A DNA stretch of 64,000 nt from Felis catus (lineage: Eukaryota). How positions within the stretch are numbered: position 1 is the first letter of the stretch; every line of letters begins with the position of its first letter. The position numbers and the translations under genes were made by a program. The DNA lies in contig NC_058368.1 of the NCBI RefSeq assembly GCF_018350175.1, positions 219,854,001 to 219,918,000 on the forward strand. The letters are read 5' to 3'. Shown here one piece after another: positions 14,055 through 26,394 of this stretch. A model generated the notes under the pieces. The model saw only the letters and a list, made by a program, of their open reading frames with translations, searched no databases and was not told the DNA's origin.

Positions 14055-14507
14055 TGTCTTAATCTGCTCTTACTGCTAGAATATAATGCCCATAACCTGG
14101 ATGGCCAAAAAAATTAGGTTATTTTTTTCATAGTTCTTAAAGCTGGGGGAGTCCACAAATGAAGTGCTGACCTCTTCCATATCCGATAAGAGCTCTTTTC
14201 CTGGCTTGCAGAGGGCATCTTGTTGCTATATCCTGACAGGGAGTGAGATGTCTTTCTTCTGCGTATTATTATAAAGGCCTTAATTCCATTGGTAGGGTGC
14301 CATCCTCATGATCTAACTAATTCCTAAAAGCCCCACCTCCAAGGGATGCCTGGGTGGCTCTGTTGGTTGGACTTCTGACTTCCTCTCAGGTCATGATCTC
14401 AGAGCTCATGGGTTCGAGCCCCGCATCTGGCTCTGTGCTGACAGCTTGGAATCTGGAGCCTGCTTGGGATTCTGTGTCTTCCTCTCTCTCTGCTCCTCCC
14501 CTGCTCG

Positions 14508-14567
<60 letters not shown>

Positions 14568-14696
14568 GTCTCAAAAATAAATAAACATTAAAAGAAAAAT
14601 TTTAAAACAAAGCCCCACCTCCGAATATCCTCATACTGGATATTATAGATGCAACATAGGAATTTTATGGGGACATAAACATTCAGCCAATAGCAC
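14055..14696 (-). mobile_element. MaLR solo LTR (MLT1A-like), interrupted by SINE
   Basis: tgtcttaatctg...ctcttttcctggcttgcaga...ggggacataaacattcagccaatagca. Confidence 0.75.
14343..14608 (+). mobile_element. Can-SINE inside MLT1
   Basis: SINE body; TSD aaagccccacctcc. Confidence 0.95.
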
Positions 14697-15534
14697 TGTC
14701 CTTCAAACAAATATAGAAGTTTGACAAGAGGAGATGAGGGAGGATATTGTTGAAAGTAGGATGCAGACAGTAGATAATTATTAGCAACAATATTCTATGT
14801 GCTGGCCCTCTCTTCCTTTCAAAATTGTCAACTATGGGACATTTATCTATAAATAGTCTGATAACATGAATGTAGTGAAAGCCTTAAATCCATCAGAAAA
14901 GAAGTCTTGTCTGAAAACCTTTTTGTATGGTATAATATATAGTGCTTCAAATAGAATTTTATTTACAATTGATGTCTATATTTTCAAAATAATTATTTAT
15001 GCAAATGAATAGCATTTGAAAACACTCAACACTTTAGAAAAAAAGAGGGAGAGAAATATATCAAATATCGGACTAAAATTTTCTTCTCTTTTTCAAGCAA
15101 AGAATTGACTTTTCGAAACAACAATGCCAGTAATGGGTAAATCAATAAGAACATTTTGGAGATTTAATAGCACTTTCAGTGAATAGCACTTGCAAATATC
15201 ACTATTACCTTAGTTCAATTCAAACATAGAGTCATTACTAAAGGTTGAACTTCATACTCATCACCTGTGATTTTAGTGAATAGGAGGTGATAGAAAGTCA
15301 GTTTCAGAAAAGGTTGTGAAATAACATCTAATTGGATTGTCTTAAAGATGGTATAATATATCATTATAGCCAAAACTCACTTCTGAATATTGACCATCTT
15401 TTGCCAGACTTAATGGAAAAGAGTTTTGTATGTATTAATTACTAATATAAAAATACTTCTTAAAACTGGGATCTTGGAAAAGGCAGTTTAATATATAAAG
15501 GGTAATATTGTACATACACATGCAGTATTATAAG

Positions 15535-15568
<34 letters not shown>

Positions 15569-15676
15569 TATGCAATTTAAAACACACAAAGTGAAATATA
15601 AAAAAATAAAATAGATGTTAAAATATAAAAAACATAAAAAATATATTTAATTTTTAATCAAAATAGAAGCCAAAAG

Positions 15677-15888
15677 TGGGCATCTGGGTGGCTCAGTCGG
15701 TTGAGCGTCCAATTTTGGCTCAGATCATGATCTCATGGTTCATGAGTTCAAGCCCCACATGGGGCTCACTGCCGTCAACCTGTCAGCACAGAGCCTCCTT
15801 CAGATCCTCTGTCTCCCTCTCCCTGCCCCACCCCCACTTGTGCTCTCCCCCCAAAATAAATAAATATAAAATTATTTTTAAAATAAAA
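15677..15888 (+). mobile_element. Can-SINE
   Basis: SINE body; TSD aaatagaagc. Confidence 0.92.
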
Positions 15889-15919
15889 AAATAGAAGCAA
15901 AAAGAATTTTGGAGAAAGA

Positions 15920-16222
15920 TCTAATAAGAAATCCAATTAGGAGGAGAGAGAGCACTGTGTTCCTGGCTTGAGCTGCCTGAGTGGAGGTTCAATGTCAGGC
16001 TAAATTTGGGAGGGTGGATCAGGGAGCGAGGGAGGCATGGTTCAAACGACACCAACTCTTGCTATTCCTACCAAGTTTCAGTGGATTTTCTAAAACGTAT
16101 GATTCTTCATTTGCTATATGACCTTAGGACAATGTTCAGACTTTAAATGGTTGTTTATTGAAATTTGACCATTTATGCTTTTTCATTCCACAAAGCACCT
16201 CGCATTACTATTTTGGAAGTGG
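15920..16222 (-). mobile_element. Old L1M 5'-end fragment (antisense)
   Basis: ttcagactttaaatggttgttt...tttgaccattt...attttggaagtg resembles the antisense 5' terminus of L1M. Confidence 0.4.
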
Positions 16223-16289
16223 GATTCCTATATAAAATGTTTAGCTGTTAAAAAAAACAGGTTTTTTTTTAGCTGTAAAAACATCTGTC

Positions 16290-16340
16290 ATCTATCTATC
16301 ATCTATCTATCTATCTATCTATCTATCTAATCTATCTATT
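16290..16340. repeat. (TCTA)n microsatellite
   Basis: Direct reading. Confidence 0.95.
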
Positions 16341-16394
16341 ATCTGTCTTGATAAAATATATACAAACATATATGTGCACATTCTTCTGACACAG

Positions 16395-17430
16395 CTGTTG
16401 AGAGTAAAGAATCCTGGGGACTTCTTGTCTGTAAGGTGGAGTATCTATGCTGGGAAACAGAAGTTGAACAAAGCACAGTGTTCTTGTCTTAAAGCAAAGG
16501 ACCACTCAGAGAGAAGCACGCCGTTGTCCCTGCCTTCGGCCCCAGAACTACGGCTCAGAGATTTTTCTCAGGGAATATCTCGGGTCATAAAATGCTTTGA
16601 AAGTTTTCCAAAGAAATCGGCTTTATTTTACACAGAGTGTGGGAAGCTCAAACGTAAGGATGCTCTCACAAATAATGGAGAATTTGGTGGGATATAACAA
16701 GGAAGAGTAGCCGCACGTGGGTGAGACAGTTCGCCAAAAAGAACCCTGGGGAGATAGCGAAACCCTTCTGCGGCTCAGCAAACAAACAAACAAAACCTCA
16801 GAGACTTGCCTTAAGAACAACTGCAAAATAGCCTGGATTTAATTGGTATTAGATTAACGATAGAGAAACAAAACACAAAGAATATTCAGTCCTACATGAT
16901 TTCCCTGGTGATTTCTACCAAACATTTAAGGAAGAAATAATACCAATTGTTCATAAACGCTTCCAACGAATATAGTGGAAAACAAAACAAAACAAAACAA
17001 AACAAAACAAAACAAAAAAACCAAAAAACTTCCCAACACATTCTATACACAGAGAAAGCCATGCCCAAAAAATTAAACTAGGAACCAATATGTCTTATAA
17101 ATAGGGACAAAATATACTAGCCGAATCCAGCAATCCAGCAATATATAAGAGATTATGAATGGTGACTAAGAGGGAATTATGTCTAGAATTGAGGTTAGTT
17201 TAAGGATTGAAAATCAGTGAAGGCAATGCACCATAATCAATAGAATAAAGGACAAAACTACATGATATCTCAATAAATGTAGAAAAAAGAATTACAAAAT
17301 GTAGCACATCCTCATCATAAAAATACTCAACAAACTAGGTATGGAAAATAAATTCCCCAATAAAGGATATCTATGAAAAACTCACAGTTAATATCACATT
17401 TTACAGTGAAAGACTGAATGCTTTTCCTTT
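16395..17430 (+). mobile_element. Old L1M: 5' region joined to ORF2 fragments
   Basis: gctcaaacgtaaggatgctctc...aatggag (L1M 5' region), then ggtgatttctaccaaacatttaaggaagaaataatacc and gaaagactgaatgcttttcc (ORF2); (AAAAC)n at ~16978-17017. Confidence 0.6.
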
Positions 17431-17705
17431 ATTGTCTACCATATACAATTTATAATTATTGGTTTATTAAAGTTTTATTTTATATAAAGATTATTTGGCA
17501 GTATTATTTTTTCTTTAAGATTTCCCAAAATACATTCCAAATTTATGGCATAAATGTTTCCTTATGATCAACGTTATGTGTTATCTACGTCATCTTTGCC
17601 ATACTAATGTAATTTTTTCTGTATTTACTTTTTTTCTGCTTTCTTCTTTTTTTGAAGCTTGTTAAATATGTTTCTGCTTTGTATCTTTCTGAAATAATAG
17701 CTTTT

Positions 17706-17923
17706 TTTAAATTTTTTTTTTACGTTTATTTATTTTTGAGACAGAGAGAGACAGAGCATGAATGGGGGAGGGGCACAGAGAGAGGGAGACACAGAATCCA
17801 AAGCAGGCTCCAGGCTCTGAGCCATCAGCCCAGAGCCCGACGCGGGGCTCGAACTCACGGACCCTGACATTGTGACCTGAGCTGAAGTCTAACGCTCAAC
17901 CAACTGAGCCACCCAGGCGCCCC
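17706..17923 (-). mobile_element. SINEC_Fc
   Basis: TSD tgaaataatagctttt (17690-17705/17924-17939). Confidence 0.96.
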
Positions 17924-18829
17924 TGAAATAATAGCTTTTATATATCCTCTGGTGCCACTAAGCCTCATAGTATATACACAAAATCTGAAGCGATAGCTAC
18001 AAATTCTATAGAATTTGTATAGACTTCAATAAAAGTGTATTGACTTTATGGTGTTAATCTGTCCTCATTCGCATACAAAGAGACATACTTAACTGAAATG
18101 AATGATTTTGTTAATCTGCACATTTTCATCAATAGTTTCATTTTCTGACCCATTTTTGTCACTCCTTGGCTACCCAAAACCATTTACTCTCCATTTTTTA
18201 GCAGAATATCACAGAATATTACTTTTAACGTTATCCTTTGAAAAACCTGGCATATTGTACATCTCAGTGCTTGGACCAAAGGCAATTTATTGGTGGAGGA
18301 TTCTTGAACTCTATTGGTCAAGAGAAGTGTAATAGTTAATTTAGAAAATAGAGATGCACTGCATTTGAGTATTGTTTTGAAAAGTGATAAACTGATATAA
18401 ATCTAGCTCAAAAGGAAATACTGAATGCTATGCTTTCATTAACAAAGAGTATTTGAATCTCTTAACAGTATTTTTAAAGAGCTATTTCTGTTATAGATTG
18501 AAAATACTACTGTTAGTGATGTTTTATGTAAGAGATCAGACTGAGAACCTCATGGTTGATGATAGAACATTTAGGATTAACATTATTGATACCAAAGTAA
18601 AACTATTATGTTGGATGAGAAAGAGAGAATACAACTGAGGGTTATTATAATATTTGACCATGAGAATATGACTGAAAACTTTACCAGTGAAACTACTTTG
18701 GGAGTTTGAGTTTTAACACACTTAAAACAAAATTTCCACATTCCCCCTTACTTTTCCAAAATGTTCTTGGGTTTCACATATGTCCAACATTATTACAAAT
18801 AATCAGATACCTTTGATCTTAAAACATAT

Positions 18830-19060
18830 GGGGCGCCTGGGTGGCGCAGTCGGTTAAGCGTCCGACTTCAGCCAGGTCACGATCTCGCGGTCCGTGAGTT
18901 CGAGCCCCGCGTCAGGCTCTGGGCTGATGGCTCGGAGCCTGGAGCCTGCTTTGGATTCTGTGTCTCCCTCTCTCTGTGCCCCTCCCCCGTTCATGCTCTG
19001 TCTCTCTCTGTCCTAAAAATAAATTAAAAAAAAAAGTTGAAAAAAAATTAAAAAAAAAAA
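18830..19060 (+). mobile_element. Young SINEC_Fc
   Basis: CpG-intact head gcgcagtcggttaagcgtccgac; A-tail. Confidence 0.97.
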
Positions 19061-21333
19061 AACATGCCTTGCCTAGGAGAAGGTACAAGTAGATGCAAAT
19101 ATCAAAGCCATTGAGTCCTCATATATCGTCAGATGCAATTTTCATATTATCATGACATAACAAATTTCATGACCCAGTGAATACGTATATTGAATATTAC
19201 ATAGCTTTAACAAAATTATAGGGCTTTATTTTTCCATGAAAATAATCATACACTTGCATATTTTTTCCACTTTTTCCTGCTTAAGCCCAAAGAATGGGAT
19301 TTAAAAGCGAATTGAAGATACAGAAAAAATATGGGAAATGATTTCATAAGCTGCTTTAGTGCAATTACAGAAGTATAATTGGCAGACATTATAAAATGTC
19401 AGCTTTTATCTATAGTAAATATAATTTACACAGCCGAAAAGAGTGATTAGAGTCAGATCACTGAGAGGCTAATGAAAAGAGCCATCGGCACAGATGCGGA
19501 TTGTTCATTTTGCAAGAGATCAGAGAAATGACAAGCACTGACGGTGTTTTTACATGCATTGAAACTCATCACAGACATGCTCAATCATGCCCTGGGATAC
19601 AGAGCAATCTAATCATTTTTTATTAAATAATTCAAATTCTATGGCCTGTGTTTGACTCACATTTTGAAAGGTATTGAATTGAGTCATCCATTGCTTGGAA
19701 GTTAAAGTATGTTTCATAAATCGGGCTTGTAAGAAACATTAACAGAAGAGGGCCTTAACGAAACAGAACAGAATAGAGGGATAGGGCTTGGCAGGGACAA
19801 TAAACCAGAGACCAAATTGCAAAACTAAATTGCAACAACAAAATAAATAGATCTGATATGCTGTTGAAAATAACAGTCCACATATTTGTTTGGTAAATGA
19901 TGTCCTCTAATAACTATTAAAGGAGTTACTTGAAAAGTTTCATGTGTTTTGGTACTCCAGTTAATGAGATTGTAGAACTTAAAACATTGCCTAAGGAAGA
20001 GAGGACGAAAAAGAAAATTATGCTTCTTTAGCATCTTTTGGTAAATGAGTACTATTGCTTAATCAAATAAAATTGAATCACAAGGGAAATCAGAAGGAAG
20101 CAGAACTGAGAAAACTCTTAGAAGGACATTTAAAGGAAACTAAGAACACATGAAAAAGATAAGCTCAATAATAATTCTTGTTAAATGTATATTTATCTAT
20201 TTTATTATCCTATTTTTTTAAGTAGTAACAAAATCTGTTGGGGTGGCCCACTTATATTATTTAAATTTTCATTAAAGCATTTAATTAATGTTTTGGGGCA
20301 AATTCAGGCAACAAATTTAGATGAGCATTTTGAATTATGAGTATTTAAACATTAACATATAATTATTCAAGACTGCATGTTTTCTTTTTTTTTTCAAATT
20401 TTTATTTAAATTCCAGTTAGTTAACATAAAGTGTAATATCAGTGTCAGGAGTAGAATTTAGTGATTCATCACTTAAATATAATGCCCAGTGCTCAACACT
20501 ACAGGGGCCCTTCTTAATACCCATCACCCATTTACCGCCCCCGCACCTTCCTTCCATCAACCCTCAGTTTGTTCTCCAGTTAAGAGTCTCTTATGGTTTG
20601 CTTCCCTCTCTTTTTTCCCTCTTCCCCTATGTTCATCTGTTCTGTTTTTTAGATTGTACATATGAGTGAAATCATATGGTGTTTGTCTTTCTCTAACTAA
20701 CTTATTTGGCTCAGCATAATACACTCTAGGTCCATCCAAGTCATTGCAAATGACAAGATTTCACTCTTTTTGATGACTGAGTAATAAATCTTTATCCATT
20801 AATCAGTCAAAGGACATATGGGCTTTTTTCACAATTTTGATATTGTTGATCATGCTGATATAAACATCAGTATTTATAGTATAAACATCCAATCATTATT
20901 TTGTATCTTTTGGGTAAATACCTAATCATGCAATTGCTGGACCATAGGGTAGTTCTATTTGTAACTTTTTCAAGACCCTCCATACTGCTTTCCAGGGTGG
21001 CTGCACCAGTTTTCATTCCCACCAACAGTGTAAGAGGGTTTCCCTTATTCCGCATCCTGGTCAACATCTGTTGTTTCCTATGTTGTTATTTTTAGCCATT
21101 CTGACAGATGTGAAGAGGTATCTCATTGTGGTTTTGATTTCTACTTCCCTGATAATGAGTGATGTTGAGAACCTTTTAATATGTCTGTTGGCCAGCTGGA
21201 TGTCTTCTTTGGAAAAATGTCTATTCATGTCTTCTGCCCATTTCTTAACTGAATTATTTGGTTTTGGGGTGTTGAGTTGCATAAGTTTTTTTTATAGATT
21301 TTGGATACTAACCCTTTAAACCTAAATATGTCA

Positions 21334-21551
21334 TTTTTTTTATTTTTTTAATGTTTATTCATTTTTTGATATAGAGAGGCAGAGCGTGAGCAGGGGAGGA
21401 CCAGAGAGAGAGGGAGATGCAGAATCTGAAGCAGGCTCCAGGCTCTGAACTGACAGCATGGAGCCTGACGCGGGGCTAGAACTCACGGACCGTGAGATCA
21501 TGACCTGAGCTGAAGTCGGATGCTCAACCGACTGAGCCACCCAGGCGCCCC
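21334..21551 (-). mobile_element. Can-SINE in L1
   Basis: SINE body; TSD atgtcattt. Confidence 0.95.
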
Positions 21552-22842
21552 AATGTCATTTGTAAAAATATTCTCCTTTCTGTAAGCTGCCTTTTTGTTC
21601 TATTGATTGTTTCCTTCACTGTAAAGCTTTTTATCTTGATGACATCCCAATAGTTCATTTTTGTTTTTGTTTCCCTTGCCTCTAGAAATGTGTCTAGTAA
21701 GAAGTTGCAATGGTTGAAGCCAAAGACGTTGCTGGCTATGTTCTCCTCTAACATTTTAATGGTTTCCTGTCCCACATTAGGTCTTTCATCCATCTTGAAT
21801 TTATTTTTGTGTATAGTATAAGAAAGTGGTCCAGTTTCATTCTTCTGCATGCTGCTGTTTAGTTTTCCCAACACCATTTGTTGAAGAGATTGTCTTGTTT
21901 CCATTGGCTATTCTTTCTTGCTTCATTGAAGATTAGTTGACCATAGAGTTCTGGTCCATTTCTGGGTTTTCTATTCTGTTCCATTGATCTATGTGTCTGT
22001 TTTTGTGCCAGTAACATACTGTATTGATGACTAAAATTTTGTAATATAGATTGAGGTCTGGAATTGTGAGGCTTCCAGTTTTGCTTTTCTTTTTCAAGAT
22101 TTCTTTGGCTATTCAAGATCTTTTGTCGTTCCATACTAATTTTGGGATTGTTTGTTCTAGCTCTGTAAAAAATACTGGTGTTATTTTGAAAGGATAGTGT
22201 TAAATATGTAGATTGCTTTGGATGGTATAGACATTTTACCAATATTTTTTCTTCCAATCCATGAGCATGGAATGTTTTTCCATTTCTCTGTGTCCTCTTC
22301 AATTTCTTTCATCAGTGTTCTATAGTTTTCAGAGTACGGGTCTTTCTCCTCTTTGTTAGATTTATTCCTCAGTATCTTACAGTTTTCGGTGCATTTGTGA
22401 ATGGGATAGATTCCCTGATTTCTGTTTCTGCTGCTTCATTATTGTTGTATAGAGATGCAACAGATTTCTGTACATTGATTTTGTATCCTGCGACTTTCCT
22501 GAATTTGTGTTATCAGTTCTAGCAATTTTTTGCTGGAGTGTTTTGGGTTTTCTAAATAGAGTATACTGAAAGTTTGACTTCTTCCTTGTGGATCTGGATG
22601 CCTTTTATTTCTTTTCCTCGTCTTATTGACGAGGTTAGGACTTCGAGTACTATGTTAAAATACAAGAGTGAGAGTGGGCATCTCTGTCTTGTTCCTGACT
22701 ACAGAGAAAAATCCCTCAGTTCCTTCCCATTGAGGATGACATTAGCTTTCTTTGGGTCTTTCTAATATGGCCTTTATATTGAGGTATGCTCCCTCTATCC
22801 CTAGTTTGTTGAGGTTTTTTTAATCAAGAATAGATGTTGTAT

Positions 22843-23058
22843 GGGGCGCCTGGGTGGCTCAGTCAATTAAGTGTCCAACTTCAGCTCAGGTCATGATCTT
22901 GGTTCGTGGGTTTGAGCCCCATTTCAGGCTCTGTGCTGATAGCTGAGCGCTTGGAGCCTGCTTCGGATTCTGTGTCTCCCTCTCTCTCTGCCCCTCCCTG
23001 CTCACTCTTTCTCTTTTTCTCTCTCTCACTCTCTCGCTCAAAAATAAACATTAAAAAA
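22843..23058 (+). mobile_element. Can-SINE in L1
   Basis: TSD aagaat(a/g)gatgt(t/a)gta. Confidence 0.95.
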
Positions 23059-23427
23059 AAGAATGGATGTAGTACTTCATTAATTGCTTTTTTCTGCATC
23101 TATTGAGAGGATCTTATGGTTCTTATCCTTTGTTTTATTAATGTATTGTACCATGTTGATTGATTTAAGAATATTGAATCACACAGCCCACTTGATCATG
23201 GCAAATGATTCTTTTAATGTACTATTGGATTCAATATGCTAGTATTTTGTTGAGAATTTTTGCATCCATGTTCATTAGGGATATTTTCTTGGAATTCTCT
23301 TTTTTAGCATGGTCTTTGTCTTGTTTTGGAATCAAGGTAACACCAGCTTCATAGAATGAGTTTGGAAGTTTTCCTTCCATTTCTATTTTTTGGAACAGTT
23401 TGAGAATAGGTGTTAACTCCTCTTTAT

Positions 23428-23637
23428 TCTTTTTTAATTTTTTAATGCTTATTCATTTTTGAGAGACAGAGAGAGACAGAGCATGAGCGGGGTAGGGGCA
23501 GAGAGAGAGGGAGACATCAAATCTGAAGCAGGCTCTAGGCTCTGAGCTGTCAGCACAGAGCCCAACACGAGGCTTGATCTCCTGAACCATGATATCATGA
23601 CCTGAGTCGCTTAACCGACTTAGCCATCCAGTCGCCC
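23428..23637 (-). mobile_element. Can-SINE in L1
   Basis: TSD ggt(g/a)ttaa(c/t)tcctcttta. Confidence 0.93.
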
Positions 23638-24148
23638 TGGTATTAATTCCTCTTTAAATATTTGGCAGAATTTCCCTGGGAAGCCATCTGGCCCTGGACT
23701 TTTGTTTGTTAGAAGATCTTCCATTACTGATTCCATTTCTTTGTTGGTTACTGGTCTGTTCAAGTTTTCTACTTCTTCCTATTTCACTTCTGATAGTTGG
23801 TATGTTTCTAGGAATTTATTCATGTCTTCCAGATTGCCCAATTTCTTGGCATTTTAGTCCCTGGAGAGGCAATATCACCTATCCCTTGGAGATGCACTCC
23901 AAGAAGGGGGGGGGGCATCTCTCCCAGTGCCTTCCAGGGGATCCTCAGATCGCACTGTCTGCCCCAGGGTTACCTGCCATCCTTCCCCACAGAATCCCTG
24001 CAATGTCTGCCAGGCTCCATATGAGCCAAGCTCCGACATCTATACCTCCTATCTTTAAGCTCCCCTTGTAAAAACTGATGAAAATCAGCCTTTCTCATTT
24101 CCCAACATCTTTGGGGAAGTGTTATCCTTGTGTGATCCCCTGTGTGCT

Positions 24149-24203
<55 letters not shown>

Positions 24204-24634
24204 CCCTCTCCCTCTCCCTCTCTCTCTGTCACCTATCACCTCTCTCTCTCTCTCTGATTAAGCTCCCTCCCCTCTGCAGCACTCACAACCTTTTTCTCCC
24301 CTGTATCAGGTACCCACTCCTCCTACCTTGCACAATGTGGCCTTTTCTGTCCCTCTAGTTGTGCATTTTGTTCTGTTAGTTCTCATATTTCTTGGGTTTT
24401 CAGACTGACTTGATATTTATCTAGCTGTTGGAGGGACGAGGCAAGCCTAGGGTTTTCCTACTGCTCCACCATCTTAACTCCTGTCCTTTGAAAGAATCCA
24501 TTAATTTTGATATGTTGTATTTTCTTTTTATTCAGTTAATATATTTTTACTTCCCTTTAAGTTTTCCTTTTTGACACACAGGCTACTTAGAATTATGTTG
24601 TTTAATAAGAAAATTTGTGGATTTTCTGAAAATA

Positions 24635-24857
24635 TATTTTTAAAATATTTTTAATGTTTATTTATTCTTGAGAGACAGAGAGAAACAAAGCACAAGCAGT
24701 GAGGACAGAGAGAGAGAGGGAGACACAGAATCCGAAGCAGGCCCCGGGCTGGGAGCTGTCAGCACAGAGCCCCACGCGGGGTTCGAACTCACAAACCGCG
24801 AGATCATGACCTGAGCCGAAGTCTGACGCTCAACCCACTGAGCCACCCAGGGGCCCC
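24635..24857 (-). mobile_element. Can-SINE within an old L1M ORF2 fragment (~24495-24910)
   Basis: SINE body; short TSD tgaaaat. Confidence 0.93.
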
Positions 24858-25181
24858 TGAAAATTTTTTTTTTTAATCAGTTTCTTCTTTACTTCTCATG
24901 TAAATTGAAAAAATACTTCTGGAGAGAAGCACAGCAGTAGCTGTGAGTTGTGATGTAAGGAGCTGTGAAAAGAAAGGCAATTTGACGTAGTGTTTCTGTG
25001 AGTCAGTGATAGAGAAACACACGGAAAGTACTTGAATTGTTTTGAAATAAAGCTTTGGCCATTTTGAATTACATTAGCTACACTCTACTTCTTATTCATA
25101 CACTGCTAAAATACTAATTACTAAGCTTTCTGCTTCAATTGTATTAAACATTTGGTTATTGGACACTTACTTTCTTTAAAG

Positions 25182-25396
25182 CAGGTTTTATCAACCTTGG
25201 CATTATTGACATTTTGGGCCAGATAATTCATTTTTGTTAGTAGCTGTCCTGTGCAATGTGGGATATTCAGAAGCACCTCTGGCTTATTTTTATTAGATGC
25301 CAGTAGCACCCATTCTCACTTGTGATAATGAAAAATACCCCCAGATGTAGCCAAATGTCTTCTGGGGACAGACTTAGGCCTGTTAACAACCACTGC
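25182..25396 (+). mobile_element. MER20 (hAT-Charlie MITE)
   Basis: caggttttatcaaccttggcattattgacattttgggccagataatt...tagatgccagtagcacc...aaccactg matches MER20 architecture. Confidence 0.85.
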
Positions 25397-25400
25397 TATA

Positions 25401-25629
25401 GGGGCACCTGGGTGGCTCAGTCGGTTGAGCGTCCGACTTCGGCTCAGGTCACGATCTCACAGCCCGTGAGTTCGAGCCCCGCATCAGGCCCTGGGCTGAT
25501 GGCCCAGAGCCTGGAGCCTGCTTCCGATTCTGTGTCTCCCTCTCTGCTCCTCCCTCGTTCATGCTCTGTCTCTCTCTGTCTCAAAAATAAATAAATGTTA
25601 AAAAAAAAAAAAACCAAATTAAAAAAAAG
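25401..25629 (+). mobile_element. SINEC_Fc
   Basis: TSD aaccactgctata (25388-25400/25630-25642). Confidence 0.96.
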
Positions 25630-25834
25630 AACCACTGCTATAAAGTGATTTAGTCCATACAAAAGATTAAAAGAAAACATTGAAATTACATGATTTCAAT
25701 TTATATATAATAAGTGCAAAGTTTCTCAAACTCGATTATTTTTCCAATGCATTGATTGCATAGGATCAAATACTTGAAAGGCTCACAAGACTCTTCAGAG
25801 TGCCTCCACAAAGTCTTTAAGATATAGTATATGA

Positions 25835-26225
25835 TGCAATAGGAGAAAGACAGCCAGGCAAACCTCAGGGGACAAAGGGACTTCCATGTGCAGCATCCCA
25901 GGTATCTAAGTGAATGTGGTTTGTCCCTGGATTATGAATTCCTAGTCTGAGAGAGAAATCTTGGTTCCAGGAACCCTCAGGCAAAAGTTTCTAAGAGGGT
26001 CTTTTATGCCCAGGGGTCATGTAGCCACAGTAGTCTGTGCAACTAGTCAGAGTAGGTTTAAGTCATCAATCTGTACTTGTATATGCCAGCTGTTCCAGAA
26101 ACGTTTCAATATTTAAAGAGCATATTGTAAATCCTTAGCTATCCATCTTGTCCTTACATTAACTATGGTTCAGGACCAAGTTTGAAGCATTCCTAGAGAT
26201 AAGCATAGGGCTGTCTCCACACAAC
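25835..26225 (-). mobile_element. Possible old ERV LTR
   Basis: GC-raised block of about 400 bp with gcataaaa TATA-like motif on the minus strand; family not recognised. Confidence 0.3.
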
Positions 26226-26394
26226 TATAAGAATACTCTACGCTTCCCCCCAAAAAAATAAGCAAAGAACAAACGCTTTTCTCAAAATTTTCTGTTTCTC
26301 TGACTGGCTTCAACCCATCTTTATATAATCATGATTCTTGCTGCAATTCTCCTTTCTTGTTGTATTAATTACCAACTACACATTCATTCATTCT

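Larger units (their letters stand above)
20381..24486 (-). mobile_element. Carnivore L1 with both termini, large internal deletion and three nested SINEs
   Basis: T-tail and 3'UTR at 20381; ORF2 peptides in the ORF track ([26 protein letters not shown]); 5'UTR ~23855-24486, sense start ggacaggagttaagatggtggagc. Confidence 0.9.

Noticed and set aside
16374..16697. 107-aa ORF
   Set aside because: Lies in an old L1 5' region; no recognisable domain
21061..22302. ORFs of 73-147 aa resembling L1 ORF2
   Set aside because: Frameshifted L1 remnants; not a functional CDS
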